This document shows positions 44,646 through 57,563 of a DNA stretch of 64,000 nucleotides, in pieces (positions within the stretch are counted from its first letter, which is position 1; each line of letters opens with the position of its first letter). Made by a program: the position numbers and the translations under genes. Location of the stretch: NCBI RefSeq assembly GCF_009914755.1, contig NC_060930.1; one strand, 5' to 3'. The notes under the pieces are model-generated. The model saw nothing but the letters and a program-made list of their open reading frames with translations. It did not search any database and was not told the DNA's origin. The DNA comes from the human T2T-CHM13v2.0 reference genome, Homo sapiens.

Positions 44646-45014
44646 TGCTGTTGTTTGAATATTTGATTCTCCAAACCTCATGTTGAAATTTGGTTCCTAA
44701 TGTTGGAGGAGGGGCCAAATGGAGGTGTTTGGGTCATGGTCAGTAGCTCCCTACAGTCCTCACAGTAATGAGTGGGTTCTTGCTGTCTTAGTTCTGGAGA
44801 GAGCTAGTGGTTAAAAACAGCCTGGTACCCCCACATCTCTCTTGCCCTGTGACCCCTGCACACACTGACTCCCCTTCCCCTTCCACCATGAGTGCAGATT
44901 CTGGTGCCATGGGCCTTGTACAGCCTGCAGAACTATGAACCAAACAAACCTCTTTTCTTTATAAACTACCCACATTCAACTATTCCTTTATAGTGACACA
45001 GACTGACTGAGACA
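44646..45014 (+). mobile_element. MSTB-like MaLR solo LTR
   Basis: CTCATGTTGAAATTTG..GTACAGCCTGCAGAAC..CCTCTTTTCTTTATAAA; perfect TSD GTCCC. Confidence 0.88.
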
Positions 45015-45653
45015 GTCCCTATTTAATGCAGTGCTGCTGCTTTTCCAGCCAGCAATTCTGAAAGATGTAGATCTAGTATACATATTTTAAGACTGTGTTT
45101 TTCTGGGAAAAACAAGTTGTCTATGGCCTTATGAACTGGATTTTCTCATGCTTCTAAACAAACTTTAGCGCTGATGGGAGTATCCAGAATTATTTCCTAA
45201 AAAATATCTAGGGCTTTTGGTCCATCAGCCACTGATAGTTTATTATTTGTTGGATGTCTGCCATATGTAGCCTCTCTTTTTGTTACACTCAGGGGAAGGT
45301 CTCACCATCAAAATCATTCTTTAGGACTGCTTAGGTTAGAGATCCAGCTAGATGCTCTGGATGGACATCATTTTCTCATATCATTTTATCTTTTAGAGAA
45401 ATACACATCATTTTCTCCAGATATCAAGTTATAACAGGAAGAAGTGATATTTATACATTACTAGAGAGCTTCTGCTTGTTCATGTCTGGTAATTCATTTG
45501 CACCACTAGTTTCTTCATGCTTGGCATGGATCTGTTCCTGCTACTTCCATCATTCTTTTGTTTTATTCCTTTTTTTCTTTGGCCAGGCAGATATACTCTG
45601 GATTGTCAGCCATTCTGCAGAATGTTGAAGGCAGCCATTCTGGTTTTTATTGA

Positions 45654-45939
45654 TTTTTTTGTTAATTGTAGTAAAATATACATAATATAAAATTTAACAT
45701 TTTATCCATTTTTACCATTTAATCATTATTTAAGCGTATAGTTCAGTGTCAATAAGTATATTCACATTGTTATGTAACCATTACCATGATTTGTCTGCAG
45801 AGTTTTTTCATTATCCAAACTAAAACTCTGTACCCATGAAACAGTAACTCCCCATTCCTCCTTTCTTCCAATCCCTGGTAACGACGATTCTACTTTCTGC
45901 CTCTCTGAATTTGACTGTTCCAGATTCCTTTATATCAGT
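45654..45939 (-). mobile_element. L1MB 3' end
   Basis: GTAAAATATACATAATATAAAATTT..AGTTCAGTG..ATTCACATTGTT..AACAGTAACTCCCCATTCCTCC. Confidence 0.82.
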
Positions 45940-47447
45940 CGCCTTTCTATTTCACTGATATTTAAAAAATAGATTTGTAAAAGCCATTGCCACATTTCTT
46001 GAATGCATGGCTTAAGTTACCAGTTACATTTGCATTTCTTCTCTTAGCTGTTGTCCCAAAGGCATTCCACATTGGCCTGCTAGGCATAGGAGAGCAAAGC
46101 ATGGGGAGACCCCAGAAATATGAGCCCTCATCCTTTTAATAAAGACTGATTTTAAGAAGTCGTCTAAAAACCAAGTCAACTTTCCCACCACATTTTTATA
46201 TTGCTCAGTGGCAGTTACCAAATAGAATTTCGTGTTACTGGGCACTCCTAAGGTTCCAGGGCTCCAGAGCTTTTAGGGTTAGACTGTGAACTTTTGAAGA
46301 AATTAGGTAGCTAAGAGCACCTGAAAATATTTAGTGAAGGAAATGAAATCCATTCTTTAGAAAAAAATTAGAAGTTAGCCTAACAGTTAGCAAAGACAAT
46401 TTCCTTTGGTTGTGTAAAACTAGAATACAGACTTTTTATTTTGAATTTCTTTTTATCTCTGTCCATGGGTTTATGCTTGGATTTGCAACAAACAACAACA
46501 AAAAACTGTTTGTATTTTTAATAGCTTTTAAAAAGTATTTTAACAAAAATATTTAAAATTTTACCAGGTATTGCTAAAAATTAATTCTTTGTAAGTTGTG
46601 TTAAATTGGAAGGTAGTATGGTAGAATAAGAATCACAGCTTGTAATTATATAGAATTTGAAGTAAAGCTGAGTAAATCTTTCATTAACTTTTTACAAGTA
46701 GCCTATGACCCTGTTTGCTGCTCATTTCTTTCCAGCTTTCCCCAGTTAGGACTTGATGCAAACAGTATGTGTTGAAGAATGTTTTGTATGACGTGTTCGG
46801 TAGTCATTTTTCATCATGTTCACTTGTAATGAATTTCAGCATTTTCCACATTGGCTCACGAAGATTAAAAAAAATCCTATGTGTTGCTTTACCACATACT
46901 TCACTACTGAGTGATAATCTGACCTTTGGGAGCATTGCTGGTCACTATATAGAATGATATTTCCTTGTTCTATTTCATTCAAAATGAAAAAAATCATTAG
47001 AGAGATGCAAAAGGAAGAAAATTGGCTGTTCTTTTCTAGGGCTGGATGTACTGGAAACTACAAGATGTCATGCAAAAACTAGTGTGAAGATCCTGTAAAA
47101 CATGACTGAAATAAACTGATTTTTTAAAACAAACTTTATTGAGATGAGCAAACCATTAGTATTTCTAGGTAAAATGGTTTCAAATTAAAAAATGCATAGA
47201 GCATCATTGTTGGAAAATAATGGCTTCTTAAAGTTTTGGTTTCTGCTTTTGGTGAGATGTTTGAAATGTCAAGGAAATTGTATCTCCTACTAGTTAAGAT
47301 TTTATCTGTTTTTGAAAGATAATGTGATAATAATGTGATAATTTAGATCAAAAGAGAAGGCCACTTTTTTTGGGAACATATACATTGTATAATTTAAGCA
47401 AAAACTTAATTAAGAAAAAAATCATTGGTGGACTTGATTTTTTCAGG

Positions 47448-47622
47448 ACTCTGGTTCTTGATTATTTTTGAGGTACAGACCATTTTAATAATCTGATAAA
47501 AGCCATATACATCCTGTCCACCAAAAGGAAGCACATTCATAAACATGGCAAAAGTTTTCATACCGTTTCAATTGGATTTCTGGAAGGCCACCCATGGATG
47601 CAAAATTAGAAAATGTTTCTGT
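47448..47622. mobile_element. hAT-Charlie MITE (MER117-like)
   Basis: AATCTGATAAAAGCCAT..AGCACAT..CCCATGGA pattern. Confidence 0.45.
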
Positions 47623-48156
47623 AGGGACTGTCATGAAATGACATAGGTAACTTTTGTCATTCATAATGGTTAGTTTCTGCCAAACAAGTTTCAGACGAGT
47701 GAGCTACTTTTCTACAAGACTCAGGCCCCATTCTGCTACACAAAGATGCCTAGTAATCATTGCTATCTCCTGGTATGGGTTTCTGATGAGAGTGTCCTGG
47801 GCTTTGTCTTTTTGACTGAAGTAATTGATTGCCCCTAGATCTGAAGTTTGAGTTACGTGCATCTCATTCTTTATGCACAAGTATTTTAAAGTAACTACAG
47901 ACATTGTAACAGGAGATAATTTATATGCTTTATATCAGTGAGGCACCTTGTTTTATACGCAAATCCTTTTAATTATTTTCCTACCAATGGTGGGTTTTAG
48001 TCAGTTTTGTGATGTTCCAATGTATTCACATTGACTTTGTCTTATGGTAAGGTTTCCTGTGTATTGCAGTGTGTCTGTCTGTAACATAGTGGCTAGTCAA
48101 TGAATTTTGGTTGAATGAACATTCAAAATCCCCACTGAACAAAATTTTAGACAACG

Positions 48157-48605
48157 TTTTGATTTTAGAATAATCTTCAACTTACAGAAAAGTTGCAAAA
48201 AAGTTGCAAAGAAACCTCTTACCCAGTTTCTCACTGTTGTTAAATAACATCCTACATTATTATGCTACATTTCTCACAACCAAGAAATTAACATTGGTAC
48301 ATTCCCGTTAACTCAATGCCACATTTTATTCAGATTTCACTAGTTTTCCCCTAAAGTCCTTTTTCTGTTCCAGTATTTCATCCAGGGTACTATGTTGCGC
48401 TTATCATGTCTTAGTCTTCTCTAGTCTGTGACAGTTTCTCAGATTATCTTTGTTTTTGATCCTTGGCAGTTTTGGGCTGGTCAGCTGTTTTGTAGAATGC
48501 CCCTCAGTTTGGGTTTGTTTGATAATTTTCTCATGTTGAGAGTTATGGACTTTTGGGGGAAGGCCACGGTGGTGAAGTGCCATTCTCATCACAGCATATC
48601 AGGGA
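48157..48605 (-). mobile_element. L1MC 3' end
   Basis: ACTTACAGAAAAGTTGCAA..ATTCAGATTTCACTAGTTTT..TTTTGTAGAATGCCCCTCAGTTTGGG. Confidence 0.8.
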
Positions 48606-49303
48606 TACCTACTAAACAACTTTATTTTTAATATTTCAGTATCACAATGGAGAGACGGGAAGAGTAAGAAGGTAAAATTTAAAGGAGTCAGTCTTGTCAT
48701 GGTAAAAATTGTGGTAAAGATAAGGTGAGGGAACTGAATCTAAAAGAATCATTTATATTTATCTGGGGGAATTCAGCCCTTGGTGTTCCTGTCAGTGACT
48801 CACTTTGGGTGTTTAAGAGTTGGTAGAATTTATTCTATTTAAATGATACAAATCAGACCAATGAAAAGGTCAGTGGTTCATAGATACACATCAAGGCAGA
48901 ATTTACAATGATAAGTTTTAAAAACTCTCTTGTATAACCATTTTTTTAAAGTCAGAAAATTCTTAATTGTATTTTTCCCCTTTTCCTCTGTTTCTATATA
49001 TTTTTCTTGACCTGTGTTCTTTTGCATTAGGATTTATGTTTTTCAAGTCCAGTTAAGGATATTGAGCAATATGTCAAAACATTTGTCACCTGAATGGTTT
49101 ATCCCTTAATAAATGGCGAGGTGGTTTTGCAGACAGGTGACACACTTTAATGTATTACAGAGACCAGACTTGTTAGTTATTGATTCGTGATGAATAAATT
49201 ACTGCCATTCTAATCATAAGAAAATTTCTTTTGGGGATAATTAATCAGATTCATGTGCTTCTTAAGCAGTGTAGCATTATCATCTTTTTTAGTTACAAGA
49301 ATG

Positions 49304-49353
49304 AACCTGTCTGCCTCTGCCCTTGGTAAATTTAGGGCAGAGGCAGACAGGTT
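49304..49353. repeat. Perfect 20-bp inverted repeat with a 10-nt spacer
   Basis: AACCTGTCTGCCTCTGCCCT-TGGTAAATTT-AGGGCAGAGGCAGACAGGTT. Confidence 0.95.
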
Positions 49354-50126
49354 TCTAGGTTTGTATTTTGATCTTTATTTTTATTAAGCAGATGAGAAGC
49401 ATACTCGCTTAAAAATTACTTCAAACTGCCTTTCCTGTTGAGTAGGTTTTGAACTACCTGCTTGACAGATGGTGTTAGAAGTAATTACTGAAATCATGTG
49501 TTTACCTGCTCATGGACATGTGTTCACCAGATGCACCCTGTTTACCCAGGGCTGCTGATTTCTTAAAGAAATATGCACCTTCTGGATAGAGTTGCATAAC
49601 TTAGGAGAATAAAAGCTCGTCAAGCCGGAGCTCTCAATCTCTGCATGGCAGAATCAGCTGTAGCGAGAAGACCATTTACATTTCTTAATGAGTGGTCAAT
49701 TTAGATCACAGAACCATGTACAGCATTATTTACCTTTCTTCTTTTGATTTACTTAGTAGTTTAATTTTACCTGTCTACTGAGTTATTTAACAGATAGCCT
49801 CCCAAATTGTTGACTAAATTGTAGCAGTAGTGACTAACCAGTCTTTTAAGATGATGGTGTTTTGGTTTATTATGTTATTTTTGAAAACATGTTTTTCAGA
49901 AGACATATTAAAAATGTACCCATCCCTCCCCGTTTCTAAATTCTGATTGTGGAGGTCCGGCTTTTGGATTAGGCATTTTTTTTTTTTAACACCTCATGAG
50001 TAATTCTTATGTTCATTAAGATGGAGAGTAGTTACTTTAATATTTTATTTACTAACTATCAAAACTGAATTTATTTTTTCCACCTTGCTTCTGTTTTATT
50101 CTGTTTTTTAAAAAGTTAAACTGATG

Positions 50127-50301
<175 letters not shown>

Positions 50302-52041
50302 TTAAACTGAATGATAGTGACTCCCCTAACATGTGTGCCTTAAATGTTCAATTTTGAAAAGGAGTACATTTAACTCTCTATAAACCTAGAGAAACAAGGA
50401 AAGTCATTGTTTCAGGATTTTGACAGGTGCAAAACTGTAAATAATTACAGGCCTGGGCAGAAACTAGAACAGAAGTTGCACAGCAGCTGGCAGGCCTGAC
50501 CTGTGACAGGTCTGACCTGAGTTAAGTAGCCTAAATTTCATGGCAAGCTCAGATTTGTTTTATGGTATGAAATTCACCTTCTGCTACAGAAAGATTCTAC
50601 TGATTGAGGCTAGATATTTGCCAAAAAGGGAGTAACATACAGAATATTGAGAAAGAAAACTGCCCACTGAGCCACCTCTTGTATGACTTCAGGACCAGAT
50701 GGAACTAGTGTAGATGCATTTTAAAATCAATTTACATTTGGACTGAAATAAATCACTCAACACCAAATGGTATACAGTGGTTATAGCTGAGGAGGGTGGT
50801 CTGGAGGTTTTTGGGTTTTTTTTTTTTTTTACACTTTTTATGTAATCTGTTTCTAAAACATTTTAATTTTTAGACTTAGGAGCATATCTGACTTTAGTGA
50901 AGAGGAAAGCAGTTTTAATTTAATATCTTGCGAATACCTGAATTGTATTTTTCAAGGTCTTTGTAGAGAATAATACAAAATTTCGATGAGATTTTATCAC
51001 CTTCAGGTTCCATTAAGCAGTTCTCCACCTTAGGACACCAGATTTGTTCCTGGTCCATAAAGAAGCCGGCTAGCAGCTTCCATCCCCACATGCTGTGTTG
51101 CGACCCTGGAAAGCTGCAGTTTAGAAAGGATAGGGTTCTGATGACTTATGGGCTCAATCTCACCTATACATGAAGTTGTTTTTTTTTTTTTTTTGGCTTG
51201 CCCAGTGTCTTGAAAATTTGACAATTTCACATTTTAAAAAATCTGTGTTTCTAGCTTTCTTGGAAAAACCGATGAATGGCAGTGCTGGGCCTGCACTGTA
51301 CTATTGCTGGAACCAAGTAGTAGCTCTCTGCTTTTAGACTCTCTGATTTGCTCCAGTCCTTATCATTCCCTGTTGTACTTTCATGTCTATTACCTTCCTG
51401 TAGATACATGAGTTAATGACCCCTCGAGTAGAGGATATGTGCCTCAGAAGTGGAGACATGCAGAGAGAAGACAGCTTTCAGGAGGATGCTTGTGGAACCT
51501 TTATACAGTTAGGCTTGGTGTGCCCATGTCTTCTGCCCCCTCCCACTCTGTCTAAGGTTTTTCCCTTTTTTTCTACGTAATACCTCAATTTTCCCCTTCA
51601 CCATTAGGGAAATTATACCTACCAGAACTTTGAGTTATGTTCCCCCAGCCACCCTTAGTAAATATCCTATGTACCTGGTGTGTAGGAGTTTTGTGAATGT
51701 TTACTAGATCTTTAATCTACCCATTTGTATGTGTAGTTTAATCATCTAGTTTTTCTTCTTGTTTTTAGTAGAAATCAGCTTTCTTGAAGGATAAGAGATT
51801 GATTAGAAAAGGAATGGAGACATTTTTAAAGGTCTGGGCAGATTGAGAGTTAGGGCAGATCCTGCTGTGATGCCGTGGTGGGAGAGGCTGACAGCAATGG
51901 GATCCTTTCTAGCATGGACAGGAGGAAGCGGAAAGATGCCAGGGATTAAATTTTCTCAGAAAAGGAGAAGAAATGATCCTCTTCTTCCTTCTTTTCTTCC
52001 CTACTCCTGTGCTGTTTGGTGTTTAAACTCTTAGCACTCAG

Positions 52042-52857
52042 TGAAATGGGAAAGGTTCCCTTGTCCCCCTCGCAGGGCGTGTGATGTGTGTGTGGCTCAC
52101 TTCTTCAGTCTCCCACTGCTCGAACCTCTAGGGGAGCATACAGACGGGCAGGTCGTGGGGCTCTGACCCCATGGCAGTGTCTAAGGGTGGATGCTTACAG
52201 CTCCTGAAGCCCCAGTAGGCGTGTGTTACAGGGTGCTTTTTTAGTCTTTCCGTCTATAGGCTTGTGTTAACCAGCTGAATTAGACCCTCTCCCTTGTCAC
52301 AAGGACAGAGGGCTTTCTGTATCCCGGATTCTTGCCTTGGTGTACCGGAAGAATCAGATCACACCTGGGCTTGGGGAATGAGTGCAAGGTTTAATTGAGT
52401 GGAAGTAGCTTTCAGCAGATGGGGGAGCCAGAAGGGAGATGGTTTTCTTGTGGATTGGGCCTTCCAACTGCTCAGGCAAAACTTGTCGTTCCGCCAGTCG
52501 ATGGCCGGCTGGCCTGCTGGCCTGCTGGTGTCTGTTGTGTGCCCCTCTGGACGTCCTCTCGATATCCAGCCACCTGTGTTTTCTTCGCCGATGTGTTCCT
52601 CATGATGTCCAGCCACTTGTGTGTTGGCCTGCTAGGGTCTCGGGGTTTTTATAGGCACACGATGGGGTGTGGCCGGCCAGGGTGGTCTTGGGAAATGTAA
52701 CATTTGGATGTGAAGGCAGGAGTGCCTGTCCTCACCTAGGTCTGTGGGGGTGGAGCCCTAGCCAGGGGCCACGCCCTTCTCTACCCAGCACTTCCCTTCA
52801 CCACTTCTTTATCATTTGAAGGGACCACGCTCTTCCCTTCCCAGCACTCCCGTATCA
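52042..52857 (-). mobile_element. LTR1-family (ERV1) solo LTR
   Basis: TG...CA termini; minus strand starts TGATACGGGAGTGCTGGGAAGGGAAGAGCGTGGTCCC; TATA box at 52646-52653; GC-rich. Confidence 0.8.
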
Positions 52858-53112
52858 CTAGGGTCTGTGGCAGAAATAGGATTTCCCTTTGCTTCTAATT
52901 GGGTATAGAGAGAAGTGAAGAGCTGAGTTTCATTTGTCTAAGAATCTCACAACTTACTGTAATATGGTTTCCATTAGAATATGTGTTGCAAATATAGTGA
53001 AACTTAAAAACAAAACCTCCATTGTAAGTTGACTTTTGGCACGTAGCTTCCTCATAGCTTGGGTTGTTCTTGGCTTTGTTAAATAAAGTTAAAATAAAGA
53101 AAGTGGTGTAGA

Positions 53113-53338
53113 CTGGGGCTTGGCAAACAATGGCCCTCAGGACAAATCTAGCCTGTTGCCTGTTTTTATAAATAAAGTTTTATCGGAACAGAGTTGCTCT
53201 AGTTAATTAAGGTACTGTTTGTGACTGCATTCACAATATTAGTGTAGAGTTGAGTAGTTACGATAGAGACTATATGGCTCACAAAATCTAAAATATTTAT
53301 TATCTGGCACTTTACATAAACAATTTTGCTGACCTTTG
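53113..53338 (+). mobile_element. MER58A hAT-Charlie MITE
   Basis: GGCAAAC..CCTGTTTTTATAAATAAAGTTTTAT..TTTGCTGACC; TSD around GTGTAGA. Confidence 0.88.
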
Positions 53339-53951
53339 GTGTAGATGGTTAATATCCAAAAAACAAAAAGGAAAAAAAAACCCAACTCTTTTATGTGCTC
53401 TAATGTATTTGCTGTTGAAAACAAAGGGAATTTGTGATTCATTTAAAAAATATATATATAGCTATTTGATGATTTTGAAGATATTTTATAGTTATTGTTC
53501 CATTTGAATGAAGTAAAAATGTTATGATGTCTTAGGGTACAATTGAGCTATAATTTTAGTATGTCAATGACTACAGCTTTTTTCTAGGGAAGGTTATAAT
53601 AGTTAACAGGAAAATATGACATAAATAGTAAAAACATGATATAATAGTAAAAATTAGTAAAAAATTTTTGTTTTGGGCTGTAAGTTTTTTTGGAGAGGAG
53701 ACTGTAGTAAGTGTAAAAACATGATGTTATATAATTAGTTTTACACATATTTTCAGGAATATTTTTAATACACAAATGTGTGGATATAGTCTATTTTGGT
53801 GTGAATTTAAACTTTGAAAACTGCTAAAAGTTTCAGTTACTTGAGAAATAGTGAATTTTTATTTAATGATCAAATTAAACACTAATAAAATTATGTCTTT
53901 ATTGTTTTCAGTTTTGAGAGCATTTGAAAAGTGCAGGCCTGTGTTGGGGAT

Positions 53952-54493
53952 TTCATTCAACACAATTATTGATTGTTTCAGGTATTAAGCACTGTTTGAG
54001 GCTCTGGGATTTCAGTACTGAATAAAACAAAATACTTAATGAGCTTATGTGGGTAGGGAGAGAAACAAACAAACATTCCTTGACTCAATTTTTTTATCAA
54101 ATTACACCAAGTGCTTTTTTAAGACCTGGGGATCGATAATAGCAATGAAGGAAGCAAATTTTCTGCTGTCATGTAGCTTAAAGAAAGGTAACATGTAAGT
54201 CTGGTAGCAACTGTTAGGAAGAAAATGAAAGCAAGGCATTGAGAGAGAAGAGGGGTGTAATTTTTTGTAGCGTAGTCAAGGAAGACTTCTCTGGTAAAAT
54301 GATTTGAGCAGGGACCTGAATGAAATAAGGTAATGAGTAATGGGAATATTTGAGAAAAGAACATTCTAGACAGAGGAAACAGCAATAAAAAAAACACTGG
54401 GGGAGGAATGTGCTTGTCATGTTCAAGAAACAGCAAGGAGAGGCAAGTGTGGCTGGAATAGAAAGTGCCAGAGGGAGAATGGTAGGAGATGAG
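53952..54493 (-). mobile_element. L2a 3' region
   Basis: TTCATTCAAC tail; GAACATTCTAGACAGAGGAAACAGC; AGTGTGGCTGGA. Confidence 0.78.
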
Positions 54494-57469
54494 TTTATTT
54501 TCTACTTAATGAATAGCTTTGAATATGTATCAGAGGCAAAGCCACATGAGACCAAGCTAAATTCTGTATGAGGTGACAGCAGTATAAAACCAGAAAACAA
54601 GGATATATGGAAGAGGTCCCTAGACCAGAAGTGAGGAAATAATAGTTAATTTGCTCATTGTTTCTCAAATTAAATCCCACTTCTGTGAATCTCTTTGTGA
54701 TTTACTCTTTCAAAATGGAATTCTAGATGGTATAGTCCAGTGCCCCGAGGCCTGTGTAAATTGTTGAATTTATGGTGTGCCAATACCATTATAGGGTGGT
54801 CATCTGGTTAATTTGCAACAAAGAATATGAGGTTTGGAATAAATGGGTCAGAAAGCCTGACTAAAATGAGAATAACAATTCACATTCAATTAAAAATGTG
54901 AGTAGCCTGCAATAATTTCTTATTGTACTTGGGTAAAGGGGAGAATAGAAGTAGAATGATAATTAATAGTTGTAAATTTAAAAGTCAGCTTTTTTGCAAG
55001 TGTTAATTTTTCCTGGAAGTGTTGTACAAAATGATCAAGTTCCTGTAATTGCAGAAACACTGATCATGGTATTTATAATTGCAAGGCATGCGAGGTAGCT
55101 GACCTTAAGTGTAAACTAATTAACGTAGGATTTGTGTGATATGCTTTAGCAAAAGTAGATATTTGAAAATAACTGACTTTTTTTCATTGTACAAATGACA
55201 ATATTTGTGGCATTTTATTTGTTTAATATTACTGAGCACAATTTTCACTGTGATTCTTTTCATTTTAAAGCAAGTATCAATAAATGAAATTTTGTTTCTG
55301 GCATAATAAGATTATTACTTAAGCTTGTTCACAAAATATTTTATAAAGAACAGCATCAATCACAACTATTATTTAGCTACTGTTTGTGGAAGAGTACAGG
55401 CTTTTGACACTCAGCAGTTAGTAATAATTATTTAAATACCATATAAAGACAAGACAAATTAAATGTATACCATTCAGACATTCGGAGATCTCACCAGGAA
55501 AGACCCCCATGTATAAACAACTGGGCCTAAGAAGCTCTTTTGCAAAGACTTGGTGGAATTCAGGACACATTTTTACTCAGGAGAACCATATATAGGGTAT
55601 TCACTTCACAGGCAAATGCAAAATGTATCAGGAAGCTGTATACATTTCATGGATTTTAGAGGAGTCTAGTACTAGTTTTTAGCAGATCTAACTTTATAGA
55701 AAAGCTTATAGCTTTCCCTTTCCTTGGTGTATATATATCAGTAGCACAGCCATTCTCGAATCTGTTTAGGATTACTCTTCTGTTTGCTACCTGTGTCACT
55801 TGTCCTGTGTGGTGGGTCTGGTAGTATGTGTTCATAGCGGGGTTGCTTTATGAGTAGGTCCACTGGTGAGGCAGTTATTGACATTGCAGTCACTCTTCCA
55901 AGGGCAGCAGCAGACCGTCTCCATGGGTGCTGTGCTTATGATTTTCAGCCACAGAAAGCCAAGGTGATGATGAGGGCCGTCCTTGACCACGCATTTGGTC
56001 CACACTTCACAGGACAATAGGAGAGGTGGGGAAGGCCAGGCACAGCAGACTGGGACAGGCAGGCCCTCTCTATGGAAAGCCCTATGGTGCTACCCATCAA
56101 GATTCCTTTGCCTTCATTCTGCTGCTGTATCCAGAGATACCCATGCCTCTCACTAGCCTTGCCTGGTATGGGGAGGCAAACCTGTTTGGGGCTGGATTTT
56201 GGCTGTAGGGTTGTGTGAAATAGGGTGAAATAGAAGAAGGGGAAGAAAAAATCTCTCAGTCTAACTTCTTTTCTTTACTTTAGGCTTCCCGCCAACCCTT
56301 TGGTGAATTTGAAAGTAGTGATCAGATGCTCATATGCTGATCCAACTAGCCTAGTTTCCACCCTTACATTTTGAGTAAACTACTACAATCCAGACTTTAA
56401 TGGCACTGGACACACCTTTCTCCTCACTACCATTTTAGATTTATAACATTTTACTTTTATTTACTCAAGCCAAAGTACTCATTTAAGGTGTCCTCTAACT
56501 TTACAACTAGGGAGATGGAATACCATCAAATATATAACTACACTTAAATATATCTGTGTCTATCTGTATTTGTGTGTATCATTTAAATATCTGTTATACA
56601 AGGTCATAAATAATCCAGGAGTACAGCATCTGTTTCACCTGCTGCTCTCTTTATGATGTGAAGTGATGAGTCACATGAGTAATTGTATTACTTGTATAAA
56701 GTACTTGGAAGACAGTTTAACTTGCATAAGTCCTGTGCTGTGTGTCATAAAGATGAAAAGTTTGAGCCATCTGTTACTTAAAAAAAAAATTACCCCAGTG
56801 TACCACCTGGTGTTTAACTAGGCCTTGGGATTTGTTCCAGATACAGCACTGCTTCATTGAACAAATATTGGGGGTGAGGGTGGGTGGGGTTTGGTGATTA
56901 CTTCTGGGACCTGGGAGGGACCCTTTTCACTGAGTCCTGAACAACGTTATTTAGATCATTGTTATTTCCTATTGTGGTTTGTCTGTCATTAAAAACAATT
57001 TTGTCTTAATTTTGAAAATTGGATATGAGGAGTTACATTACACAAAACAACATTATACAATGATGGAGATAATGTTCTGTGCAGCATGATTTAATTTGGA
57101 GCAGTGGATAGCCACCTGCTAGGCCTTTGTTCTTGTGGCAGTCTGGCAAGTGGTCCCAGTGTTTTGGGTCTTTCCTTGGTCACGTGGCTGTTGAGATCTG
57201 CCTGGGTTAGTTGCAAACCATTAATCCAGTAGCACAGAATGATGAAATATTTGACTACTGGGTGTTTGAAGTAAGAAAACAAATCCTTTTAAAAGTTATT
57301 ATTCAGCAACCACAGAATGCTTTTATCATGTTGATATAACATCTGAGTCTTTACATTTTATCTAAGGGTAGCCTATTCTTATCTACAACATAAAAAAGAA
57401 ATCTAGGTAATATTTGGCATTATGGTAACTAGCTACCATATAGCACCTGTCTGCTTACCCACTGTGGTG

Positions 57470-57563
57470 GGGTAACCATATAATTCAGTGATTAAACTGG
57501 AATACTTTTGTCAGTGACAGAGAGCTAGGACGAAAGGTGTAAACAAGGATATGTAGTCATTTT
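57470..57563. mobile_element. MER94-like hAT-Blackjack MITE
   Basis: GGGTAACCATATAATT..AAACTGGAATACTTTTG. Confidence 0.55.

Noticed and set aside
49031-49136. Exon-like segment: long pyrimidine tract, TTAG acceptor, CAG|GTGACA donor
   Set aside because: Weak donor, stop codon in the obvious frame and no resemblance to CDKAL1 protein; at most a cryptic exon
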